DNA of 63,418 bases, the filler included, from Trichomonas gallinae (taxonomy: Eukaryota), in assembly GCA_008369845.1 (NCBI GenBank). It is 8 parts of 8 records of this genome, joined end to end, with 100 filler letters (N's around TTAATTAATTAA, not from the genome) between each part and the next. Parts side by side here need not be neighbours in the genome. Positions count along the whole stretch, not along the records: positions 54,825 to 60,538 come from MRSU01000237.1; positions 60,639 to 62,045 come from MRSU01000247.1; positions 62,146 to 63,418 come from MRSU01000266.1; 5 more parts are not named here. One strand, 5' to 3'. Under the pieces are notes generated by a model. That model did not search any database. It was not told the origin of the DNA and saw only the letters and a program-made list of their open reading frames with translations. Position numbers and translations under genes: made by a program. Numbering within the stretch: the stretch's first letter is position 1; every line of letters begins with the position of its first letter. This document shows, piece by piece, positions 55,051 to 63,418 of the stretch.

Positions 55051-58000
55051 TTATTTCTTTGACAAGTACCTAGACAAAACAAGCTTTGAAACATAGTCTT
55101 CAACGACTTCGCGATCTCCTAATCCTAGTATTGACCTAAGTTTAGACTCTTGTTCATATAACCTGTTTAACTCTTCGTGTGCTTTCTTTACTGCGCACGA
55201 TAGGACTGGGATGTTGACCTGAGCGTGTGGGTCAATAAAATCACGCAATTCAAACACAAATGTGTCAATCAATGACTGATTTTCTAGTCGTGACTGTTTG
55301 ACGATGTCATCGATTGCATTCTGATATTCCATATCTTTAGCTAGTGTTATTGATCTTATTTTAGCATTTGCAACATTGAGTGTTCTTGTTAGTTCTTCTA
55401 TTTTAGAGGCACTATCATTTCTCATTTCATCTATTTCCTTTTCAGCACTTAATAATTTCTTGCTCAATTCTGCAATTTTCAGATTGCAATCATTAAGAGA
55501 ATTAGACATAATTGTGTGAGCTTCAGCAAGTTCAGTGTTTCTCAATTTAAGCTCAGTGATGTGTTTTTCGTATAGTGATTTTTGATTCTCTTTTTCTTTC
55601 GAAAATTCATTTCTAAGTTTTGCATCATAGGAATCAAACTGGTTCATTAATTTAGAGACTTCATCATCTGATCTCTTTCTTGCATTCTCAACTGTCATTA
55701 AGCATCCTTTGAGCTGACATATTTCATTCTTCAAGAATTTAACTCTAAGTCTAAGCTCTTCATTTTCTGTTTTGATTTTCATTTTCTCTTCTTTAAGATT
55801 TGAGATAGTCTTTTGATATTTTTGCTCTTCTGATTTATTGCTTTTAGTACTGCTGCTTACAGCATCAGCAATATCGTTCTTCGCTTTGTTTTTGATATCA
55901 GTGATGATTCTTTCTTGTGTTTTAATCTTCCTTTCTGCAATGTTCAAATCATTTGAAAGTTTCATGATTTCTTCGTTTTTCTTGTTCATTTCTTCATTTA
56001 ATTCTTTGATCTGCTTCTGATTCTCAGCATTCTTAAGATCAGATTGTATTGTACATGCTTTGATTAGTTTCTTTAATTGCTTGATTTGCTTCTTATAAGA
56101 CTTTATTTCCATTTTAGCATTGTCAATTGTCATGAAAATTTCATCGATCATTTCTAAGGCCTCATTTTTGTTCTTGACTGACAATTTATCAACAACTTCA
56201 GACAAATCTTGCTCAACAATTTGCTTGTTGTTCGAGATTTGCTGTTTGTCTGATGTAAGTTTTTCAATTGCTTTGTTTATGTCAGAATTTGCTCTTTCGC
56301 AGTCATTGTAAAAGTAATAAAATGAAAGCTGTGGCAAACCCAATGAAATAGAGATGTTAGCAATAATTTTTTCAAGTATTTCTTTTGTGAGTTTGCTTTC
56401 TTCTGTTATCTGCATAATGTTTTGGTCTTTTTGCGCTAATAAGTTATTATAAAATGAACCTATTGTATTCATAATACTTTTAGTTTTTGTTATTATTTCT
56501 ATTGGTGAATTTGCAACTTTATTTATTTCGTTGCATAGATCTCTAGAAAATTCTTGTGAGAACCAGACTGATATAGGAATTTCTACAACTTGTGGCTTTT
56601 CAGCTGCTTTTTGCATAATTTTTGCCCTCGTTTCTAATATTTTATCTTTCATTGATTTATTTTCTGTTATTGTTTTTTCTAGCTTCTTTTCTAAACTGTT
56701 GATTATTAAGTTTTGCTTTCCAACAACAACGACAAGTTTATCTCTATGCTTTGATAGTTTCGAAATTTCAGATTTACTGTTATCAACGCTTTCTTCCAAA
56801 TATTTAACTGATCTTGTTAATTTATTGTTTTGCGATTCTAGTTCGAATTTAATATTTTCGGCCATTGCCAATGATGACTCCAGACTCTTGAATTTAGCAA
56901 GATCTGCTAATTTGTTCTCTTCTTGTGAATCTTTATCTAAAAGAGCTGATTTATATTTAATTTCGAGATCATCATAATCTTTTTTAGCTTTTTGAAGTTC
57001 TTCTTGCATTTTATCGAATTTCTTTTTCATTATATCCTTTTGGTTATCGAAGTTAATCCTTTGATCGATTAATAATTTTGCTTGATTTTGATTTTCGATT
57101 AAAAGTCGATCTTTTTCAGTTGTAACTTGGCCGAGCTCTTGTAGTTGGTGCTTTAGATTAGTATTTTCTTGTTTTAATGTTCCTGTAACTTCAATAATTT
57201 TATTTTTGATTTCGTTATTTTCTTTTTCAGTGTTTCTATTCAGTAAACTTTGCACTTTCTTTTTGAGATTCTCTATTTCATTAAGATGCTGTGATTTCTC
57301 GTGGTTTATTTCGATTTCTTTGAGCGCAAATTCTTGTTGAATTTGATCTTTTTCATTTGTAAGTTTCATGACTTGATTATTCAATTCTAATATTTTATTA
57401 TCATTTTCTTGTCGAATCTTATCCAAATTGGATTGATTTTCAAGTTGTGATTTCTTTAATTTTTTGATTTTAGATTTAAGTTGAGTAATTTTAGAAACAA
57501 GTTGTTCATCGTAATTTATGACTGGATGTAAATCCTGAGATTGTAATGATTCGTCTTTATTCGGTATCTGAGACAAATAATTCATTAGTTGATCAGGATT
57601 TTCGAAGACTTGATTAAAAACAGTTTGCGAAACCTTAAGCATAGATGTAATTGTTGCACGCAAGTTACTTGTTTCCGCTTGAATCTTTAAGAAGTCGTTA
57701 TTCTTTTTTTCGATTTGTTCTTTAAAAGCTTTAATTTCTTCGTTTAGAGCGTTTTTCTCTTTATCTGCGTTATACATGTAAGCTGTTATGTCTTGTCTAG
57801 CGTTTGCTTGCTTTTCCTGCTTGTTTTTAAGTTCTTCGATTGTTTTTAGCGAAATTTCGAGTCTATTTTTATAATCTTCGAGTTCTAATTTTGTAGCTCG
57901 CAGTTCTGACTGCATCTTTTGATTATTTCGTTCAAGTTCTGCATTTCTTTCGACAAATTGGCAAGATTCTGTTATTTGATGCTTTAATGAGTTCACAAGA

Positions 58001-58107
58001 TTCGTCAATCTTTCATTATCTTTTGCCAGTCTGACATTGGCAAGATTGGTATCATGAATATCCGCATAATCAATAGAATCATCCTTTAATTCGGAGGATG
58101 ATTCCAT
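55051..58107 (-). CDS. Long coiled-coil protein
   Basis: About 1018 aa of K/E/N/Q-rich heptads. The first ATG is 58107 (the track start is TTG). Confidence 0.85.
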   Translation of the reverse strand: MESSSELKDDSIDYADIHDTNLANVRLAKDNERLTNLVNSLKHQITESCQFVERNAELERNNQKMQSELRATKLELEDYKNRLEISLKTIEELKNKQEKQANARQDITAYMYNADKEKNALNEEIKAFKEQIEKKNNDFLKIQAETSNLRATITSMLKVSQTVFNQVFENPDQLMNYLSQIPNKDESLQSQDLHPVINYDEQLVSKITQLKSKIKKLKKSQLENQSNLDKIRQENDNKILELNNQVMKLTNEKDQIQQEFALKEIEINHEKSQHLNEIENLKKKVQSLLNRNTEKENNEIKNKIIEVTGTLKQENTNLKHQLQELGQVTTEKDRLLIENQNQAKLLIDQRINFDNQKDIMKKKFDKMQEELQKAKKDYDDLEIKYKSALLDKDSQEENKLADLAKFKSLESSLAMAENIKFELESQNNKLTRSVKYLEESVDNSKSEISKLSKHRDKLVVVVGKQNLIINSLEKKLEKTITENKSMKDKILETRAKIMQKAAEKPQVVEIPISVWFSQEFSRDLCNEINKVANSPIEIITKTKSIMNTIGSFYNNLLAQKDQNIMQITEESKLTKEILEKIIANISISLGLPQLSFYYFYNDCERANSDINKAIEKLTSDKQQISNNKQIVEQDLSEVVDKLSVKNKNEALEMIDEIFMTIDNAKMEIKSYKKQIKQLKKLIKACTIQSDLKNAENQKQIKELNEEMNKKNEEIMKLSNDLNIAERKIKTQERIITDIKNKAKNDIADAVSSSTKSNKSEEQKYQKTISNLKEEKMKIKTENEELRLRVKFLKNEICQLKGCLMTVENARKRSDDEVSKLMNQFDSYDAKLRNEFSKEKENQKSLYEKHITELKLRNTELAEAHTIMSNSLNDCNLKIAELSKKLLSAEKEIDEMRNDSASKIEELTRTLNVANAKIRSITLAKDMEYQNAIDDIVKQSRLENQSLIDTFVFELRDFIDPHAQVNIPVLSCAVKKAHEELNRLYEQESKLRSILGLGDREVVEDYVSKLVLSRYLSKK

Positions 58108-59090
58108 TCGTGACTTTTTTGGCAACTTTACATGTCAAATACTGACACGTATAATTTTTGTAAAGTCAAAATTAATATCAAAAGGAAAAACAAAACATAA
58201 TGCAGTGATATCCAATTATGAACAGTACAGTATTGGTTGTAACTAATTTTTATTTCCGCTCAAAGAGTGTATAAGGAAATTCAACATTTTTTTTTTAAAA
58301 AAAGGGGCTAACTCTTTAGAAAGTTTGAGGGGAGTTAACAAAATTGAATGATTATCTATTTTTAAATGTAGAGAATTGGTTTATTTTTAATTATAGAATA
58401 ATATTTTAATGTTTTATTTGTCATTTCAAAATTTTGAAAGCAAATGTAAATTATCATATGTAAATTTACTCTATGAAATAATAATTTATAGATTAATGCA
58501 GCAAAATTTAGATTTGAATTTGAGGAATTACGAGTCTCATTTGTCATTTGCATAATATGCTATTCATGCAAAAAATGATCCATTTTAGCTAACTTTTGGG
58601 AAAAACATTGTCTTATCCAAGACAAAGAAATGGCAAATGTCATAACCTCGTGCCTTAATTTTGATCCAGTACAGAAACCAACTATAGACCAAATAATGAA
58701 CAGCCCAGTTTTCAGATGTAGTCTTACAAAATCGTTGAATAGATTCCAAAAGAGAGCAATTTTCAACCACAATGATAAGAAATTGCTTCAGGATGTTTAA
58801 CGATTGTAAGGCCAAGAGTCACTAGGATGAAATCGTTATGATCGACTAGAAATTTATAATATTTTTTATATTATTGTTTTTTAAACATGCTATCGTACGT
58901 TAGTTTTTATAAAGTGATTAATGCTTTATTTTTTAACTCTCAACTCATAATTTTTCTAAAAAATTTCATCAGTTTTAAAAAATCATTTTTGAATCTAGTA
59001 ATATATAAAAATCAACAGTGTATAAGCATTATATTGCTAATATCGAATTAAATAGTATAATTTCGAATTTACTAACAAACATATAAATAA

Positions 59091-60130
59091 TTATGATGTA
59101 AATAGTTCTAAAACATTCTCGCATTTGTGGTTTTTGACAAGAAAATCACATATATGAGATAATTCTGTATCATCTGGATTTCCATTAAAATCTTGAATTG
59201 CAAGTCCATTATATGGCTGCAGCATATAACAGGCCGGTGAGTTATCAACGATAATAACTTTCCTGAGATCTCTGCCTAAAAGGCTCAAGTCTTTCACGAA
59301 AGTTCCATTATAAACTATGCAAGATTCTCTATACAACCTATATTTGATTAATTTATCAGGGTCTATCCTATCTAGTATATAATCCGCATAACTTTGCCTC
59401 GCAGTTGTAAATGTAACTAATTCAAAATATCTCGCAAGCGTTCTAAGGAATTTCTTCAGTCCTGGACGAACACTTACGTATATGTCATAGGCTAAATCAT
59501 CATTAGTAATCGAAAAATGAAAGTCGTGACGAGAATCATTGACAAAAGAACTATGTATCAAAGTTTCATCGATATCAAGAACAAGAGTAATTTTATGATC
59601 ATTAGGATCCTTTGGTGGAAGTAAATCTAAAGATTTTAAAGCAATCTGTGTATTAGATTTCGAAAAACGGCTAATATTAACAAATTAGAGGTAAATATTA
59701 GCCAAAGTATACATACTGAGTACTGTGAGTACGGTGTCGTTTTCGTAGGATAAACTTTTTGTGATGGAAAACAATTCTCGCAGCAAGAACTTGATTTTGG
59801 TGAAGCAGTATTTTTTAGACTTACAACAGTTACAGGAACAAGATTAACATTGCCTCCTGTAATAGTTAAAGTTTCGATCGAATCTGTTAGCGTTTCTGTT
59901 ACGAGTCCATTGGTAAGATCTTGATAATATTGATCAAAACTAGTAAGTCCACGTATTCCGTTTGTTCTTTTTATGTAGTGTGCTGCTCTTTCTCTGCCGA
60001 ATAAAACTTTTACTAAGTCAACCTCAATACTTCGTATTTTATTGAGAGAAACACATAATAGTTCACTTGCATCACTACTGGATGTGCTCTCTTCGTTATC
60101 TGAGTGAGTCATCAATATTTTATTATTCAT
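59091..60130 (-). CDS. Two-exon SCP/FCP1-like (NIF, HAD-family) CTD small phosphatase; exons 60130-59717 and 59645-59091
   Basis: Splicing gives ...PYSQYS|IALKSLDLLPPKDPNDHKITLVLDIDETLIHSS (DxDxT), then RPGL, FTTA..YAD, RLYRESC, KDLSLLGRDL, IVDNSP. About 322 aa; alternative ATG at 60112. Confidence 0.88.
59646..59716 (-). other. 71-nt phase-0 spliceosomal intron (trichomonad fused branch-point/3' splice-site type)
   Basis: 5' GTATGT; 3' TCTAATACACAG. Removing it restores the frame between two ORFs. Confidence 0.85.
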
Positions 60131-60197
60131 ACATACAAATTCGTTATTGTCACTTTTGATCAAACTTTTGACAAATTTATTTGGCAACGGTAACTAA

Positions 60198-60419
60198 TTA
60201 CACCAAGATTTGGAAGACAAAAATCTGTTTTTCATAGTAGATGCCACCAGCTGAACCTCCATTGGTAATGTGTAAAGCTCCAGACCCTCTATCGATATTA
60301 TCAATCAAATCACGGTCACTCAAGTAAATCGATGAATAACCACCAACGCCACCAACTTGCTCAGCATTTGTGTCAGAATAGTAACCACTGTTTCCGCCAA
60401 GACCATATAATCCTTCAAA
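60198..60419 (-). pseudogene. Remnant of a glycine-rich-domain (ALK/LTK-type Gly-rich) protein
   Basis: ATG-less frame FEGLYGLGGNSG...GGVGGYSSIYL...GSGA...GGSAGG. Confidence 0.5.
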
Positions 60420-60472
60420 GTTGATGAATTTTGAAAGGATAAAAAGAAATTTAAAATTAAAAAGAAAAAGTT

Positions 60473-60538
60473 TGCACCGCCCGGGAATCGAACCCGGACC
60501 CCCACCTTGGCAAGGTGAAATTCTACCATTAGACCAGC
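60473..60538 (-). tRNA. tRNA-Gly(GCC), missing about 5 nt at the 5' end
   Basis: Exact reverse complement of the copy at 54825-54889, followed by an oligo-T terminator. Confidence 0.95.
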
Positions 60539-60638
60539 NNNNNNNNNNNNNNNNNNNNNNNNNNNNNNNNNNNNNNNNNNNNTTAATTAATTAANNNNNN
60601 NNNNNNNNNNNNNNNNNNNNNNNNNNNNNNNNNNNNNN
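60539..60638. other. Artificial contig-joining spacer
   Basis: 44 N + TTAATTAATTAA + 44 N. Confidence 0.98.
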
Positions 60639-62045
60639 TGAAACAGATGAAGGCAACTCACACTTGTTTAGTCCTGAGTTTTGGAATGCGTTTGATTTGA
60701 TTGTAGTCAAAGATGTTTGTTCAAGGCCGATGTCTCCAAGTGAAGAACATCCTTGGAATGCTGAGATTCCAATGACTTGTATTGAAGGAGGTAACAAAAT
60801 ATTTGACAGCCGTCTGCAATTGTAGAAGCATTGATCAGGAATTGAAGTCAAACCTGTTCCAGTGAATTTAACTGTTTCTAAATTCTGGCAATCTTTGAAT
60901 GCGTAATTGCTTAGAGATGATAAACTAACAGGAAATTCGATGTTATGGAGATTCGAATTTTCAAATGCACGCAGTTCAATTGTCATTTTTGGGTTGCTAG
61001 AGAATTTTACTGAATAAACTGATGATGATTGGAAAACATTTTTGCTGATCTTCTCGCATTGAATAGGAATTGTCAGATTCGGGTTATTATTGCTATCAAT
61101 AAAACTTGACAAAACACGCTTCTGATCATCGAAAAACATTCCTTGAACAATGTCAAAATTAGGATTCAATGTGCAATTAACAACGAGGTCATATGATGTC
61201 TGTTTGAACACAGCTGAACCAATTTTTGTCACTGTTGCTGGAATGAGAATATATGTCAAAGAAACATCAAGAATAAAAACGTTGTCACCAAGCGATTCCA
61301 AGTATTTCGGCAATACAAGATTTTTCAGTTTCGTGCATGATCCGAACGCGTCATTTCCAATAGTAATAATTGTATCAGAAAGAGTAACCGTTTCCAAAAA
61401 TGTACAAAACTTAAATGTCGCGTTATCAATAACACTAATCGAATCAAAATAAGCAAATTTTGTTATCGGAACACCAGAAAAAGCCCATTCTCCAATGAAT
61501 GTAACTTTATCATGAATTACGATGCTCTTGAAGCGTGAAAGTCTAAAACAGCTCGAGTTAATAGATTTGACAAAAGAAGGAACAACAAAGTCTGTTGTTA
61601 TTACTGGAGAAACAAACTGAAGTGTTTCATTATTCGTCCCAAAATAGATTATTTTACCATCTGTCCTAAAGTACAGATTTTCTGGATGAATAACAAAGTT
61701 TTCAATATTTACACCAGAGAAGGCTGATGATTCAATACTAACAACATATTTAGGGATATAAAAAGAAGTAAATTTGCATCTTAAAAAGAGATTTCCATTT
61801 AGTTCTGTGAGCTTAGAATTACTTGTTATCTCAACTGTTTCCAATGAGGTGCCAAACATGTTATTATGTTGTGGCGTGTATCCTTGCATAGTCGTAACGG
61901 AGTCGGGAATAGAGATGGATGTAAGAGAGTTCGTGTTGTAGAAACAGCCGCCTTTCATCTCGACGATGTTTGGCGGAAGGTGGACGTCAGAAAGCTTCTG
62001 GCAGTTTGAGAAAAGTGAGTAGTTGAGGAACTGAAGAAGAGTGCA
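60639..62045 (-). CDS. BspA-like TpLRR surface protein, internal fragment truncated at both ends
   Basis: Frame open across the whole contig; repeats of LxxIxIPxSVxxIGxxAFxxCxxL. Confidence 0.93.
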
Positions 62046-62145
62046 NNNNNNNNNNNNNNNNNNNNNNNNNNNNNNNNNNNNNNNNNNNNTTAATTAATTA
62101 ANNNNNNNNNNNNNNNNNNNNNNNNNNNNNNNNNNNNNNNNNNNN
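62046..62145. other. Artificial contig-joining spacer
   Basis: 44 N + TTAATTAATTAA + 44 N. Confidence 0.98.
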
Positions 62146-62370
62146 GATAACATTGATACAAACGATGTTTTTGGCCACGATTTTGACGAAGATGATCATT
62201 TTGAAGAATTCTTTGAATTTGAGAGCCATGAATTATAACTATTCTATAAGATAAACGGATATTATTTATTCAAACTATTTCATATTTCTTGAAATACATG
62301 TTAAAAAAGAATCACATATTTTTTTTCTTCGTTAATGATATGCATATAAAAATATGTTAAATTCGAATAC

Positions 62371-62396
62371 ATATATATATATATATATATATATAT
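62371..62396. repeat. (AT)13 microsatellite
   Basis: Direct reading of the sequence. Confidence 0.9.
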
Positions 62397-63021
62397 TAGA
62401 TAATATCGAATGAACTGTAATATCAATAAATAATCAGTTTCATGAATTTAGATGTCCTGAAGTAATTCTATTCTATGTAGATGTTTGATTGATAAATCAT
62501 ATATTCAGTTTGTAAACGATCAAAATAACATTCTTTTTCCAAAAGCAAAACTAAACTATGGCTAAAAATCGTATATAGATAAAGTAGGGTGCACGTTTGG
62601 CGCTAAAAGCGACGTTTTTTGGCGCATGTATTTTTCTTGTATGGTGCAAAGAAAAGTAACATTTCGATCTGAAGCACGCTTCACAAAAGTGCACCAAACG
62701 AGTTCCCTAGGTAAAGCAAATCATCAACTTTTAATGCAATTGCTTCCTTCAAAATCGTTTCTTGATAAATTCTCAATATTTTAATTTTGAAACTGTTTGA
62801 CAGATATTAAATTATTTATTTTTAAATTGGTAAGTGTGTATCATGCATACTTTTTAAATTCACAATTTTTTGATTGGTAGATTAATTCAGTTTTTTTTTT
62901 TTGGAAAAAAATCCATTAATTAAACCATTAATTATTTAAAATTTTAACGGATTAATCTAATTCATTCTGTGCATGCATTAGTTTCAAGACACATGATGAA
63001 GCAAACTCATTTAGGAGAAAC

Positions 63022-63314
63022 ATGTCTTATTTAGAGAAAGACGATAAATTCAAGATAGTCGCATTTTGGCATGGAATCAGAGCTGGCCATGAAATAATTG
63101 TTAGCGATGTTCCTGAGACAGCAAAAAAAAAATTTTTGAAAAGTTTGAAAAATATGGAGATATTGGCCGCGTTACTCCATGCAGAGGCAATCAATCACAG
63201 TATTTTGTTGCTTTTATCGGTTCAAAAGGCGTGAAAAATTCTTTAAAAGATAAAATAGAGTTTGAAGGCACCTCGTTATCTGGCAGAAAATCGATAAAAA
63301 TCAAGTCGCAATAG
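63022..63314 (+). pseudogene. Frameshifted RRM-domain gene (pseudogene or homopolymer error)
   Basis: IIVSDVP (RNP2-like) in frame 0. After a -1 shift in the A10 run at 63123-63132 the frame reads IFEKFEKYGDIGRV...QYFVAF...IEFEGTSL. Confidence 0.6.
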
Positions 63315-63382
63315 TTGTATTATTATTGAATAAAAACTTACCATTTATTATTGAAAACACATTTAGAATTTTGGCACACCTT

Positions 63383-63415
<33 letters not shown>

Positions 63416-63418
63416 AAA

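Noticed and set aside
60320..60529. 69-aa ORF in the track
   Set aside because: It is a translation running through the tRNA-Gly gene and its terminator
17079..62145. Seven identical N44-TTAATTAATTAA-N44 blocks that look like a dispersed repeat
   Set aside because: Artificial all-frame-stop linkers; gene adjacency across them has no biological meaning
63022..63180. Resemblance to a Tc1/mariner transposase helix-turn-helix
   Set aside because: The downstream sequence fits an RRM better; no DDE domain or terminal inverted repeats seen

Overview
AT-rich eukaryotic DNA from a parabasalid protist, most likely Trichomonas-like. This rests on compact, almost intron-free genes, TCA(Y)T initiator elements, M3/M5 core-promoter motifs, BspA and glycine-rich surface-protein families, and a GTATGT...CTAAYACACAG intron. 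The window is not one locus: it is eight contigs joined by seven artificial 100-nt spacers (44 N + TTAATTAATTAA + 44 N). It holds about 30 protein genes, including Rab, an ARF-like protein, two CK1-group kinases, UTP20, MSH4, Rpn2, an eL8/RPL7a fragment, an ENT transporter, two bromodomain-ET proteins, an old yellow enzyme, a ricin-B lectin, a BspA fragment and coiled-coil proteins. It also has two partial tRNA-Gly(GCC) genes and several pseudogene remnants. Main observations not shown by the ORF track: (1) a 71-nt spliceosomal intron with a variant branch point and an internal 10-bp hairpin that joins two ORFs into an SCP/FCP1-type phosphatase; (2) a recurrent 11-nt upstream motif TTTACATGWCA (10 exact copies, all outside the inferred CDSs) plus inverted TGACA pairs, a candidate TALE-homeodomain promoter element; (3) a contig bounded by inverted identical tRNA-Gly genes; (4) a switch-degenerate ARF-like pseudo-GTPase and a LisH-only TBL1-like microprotein. 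All family calls come from motif recognition by eye, not database searches.
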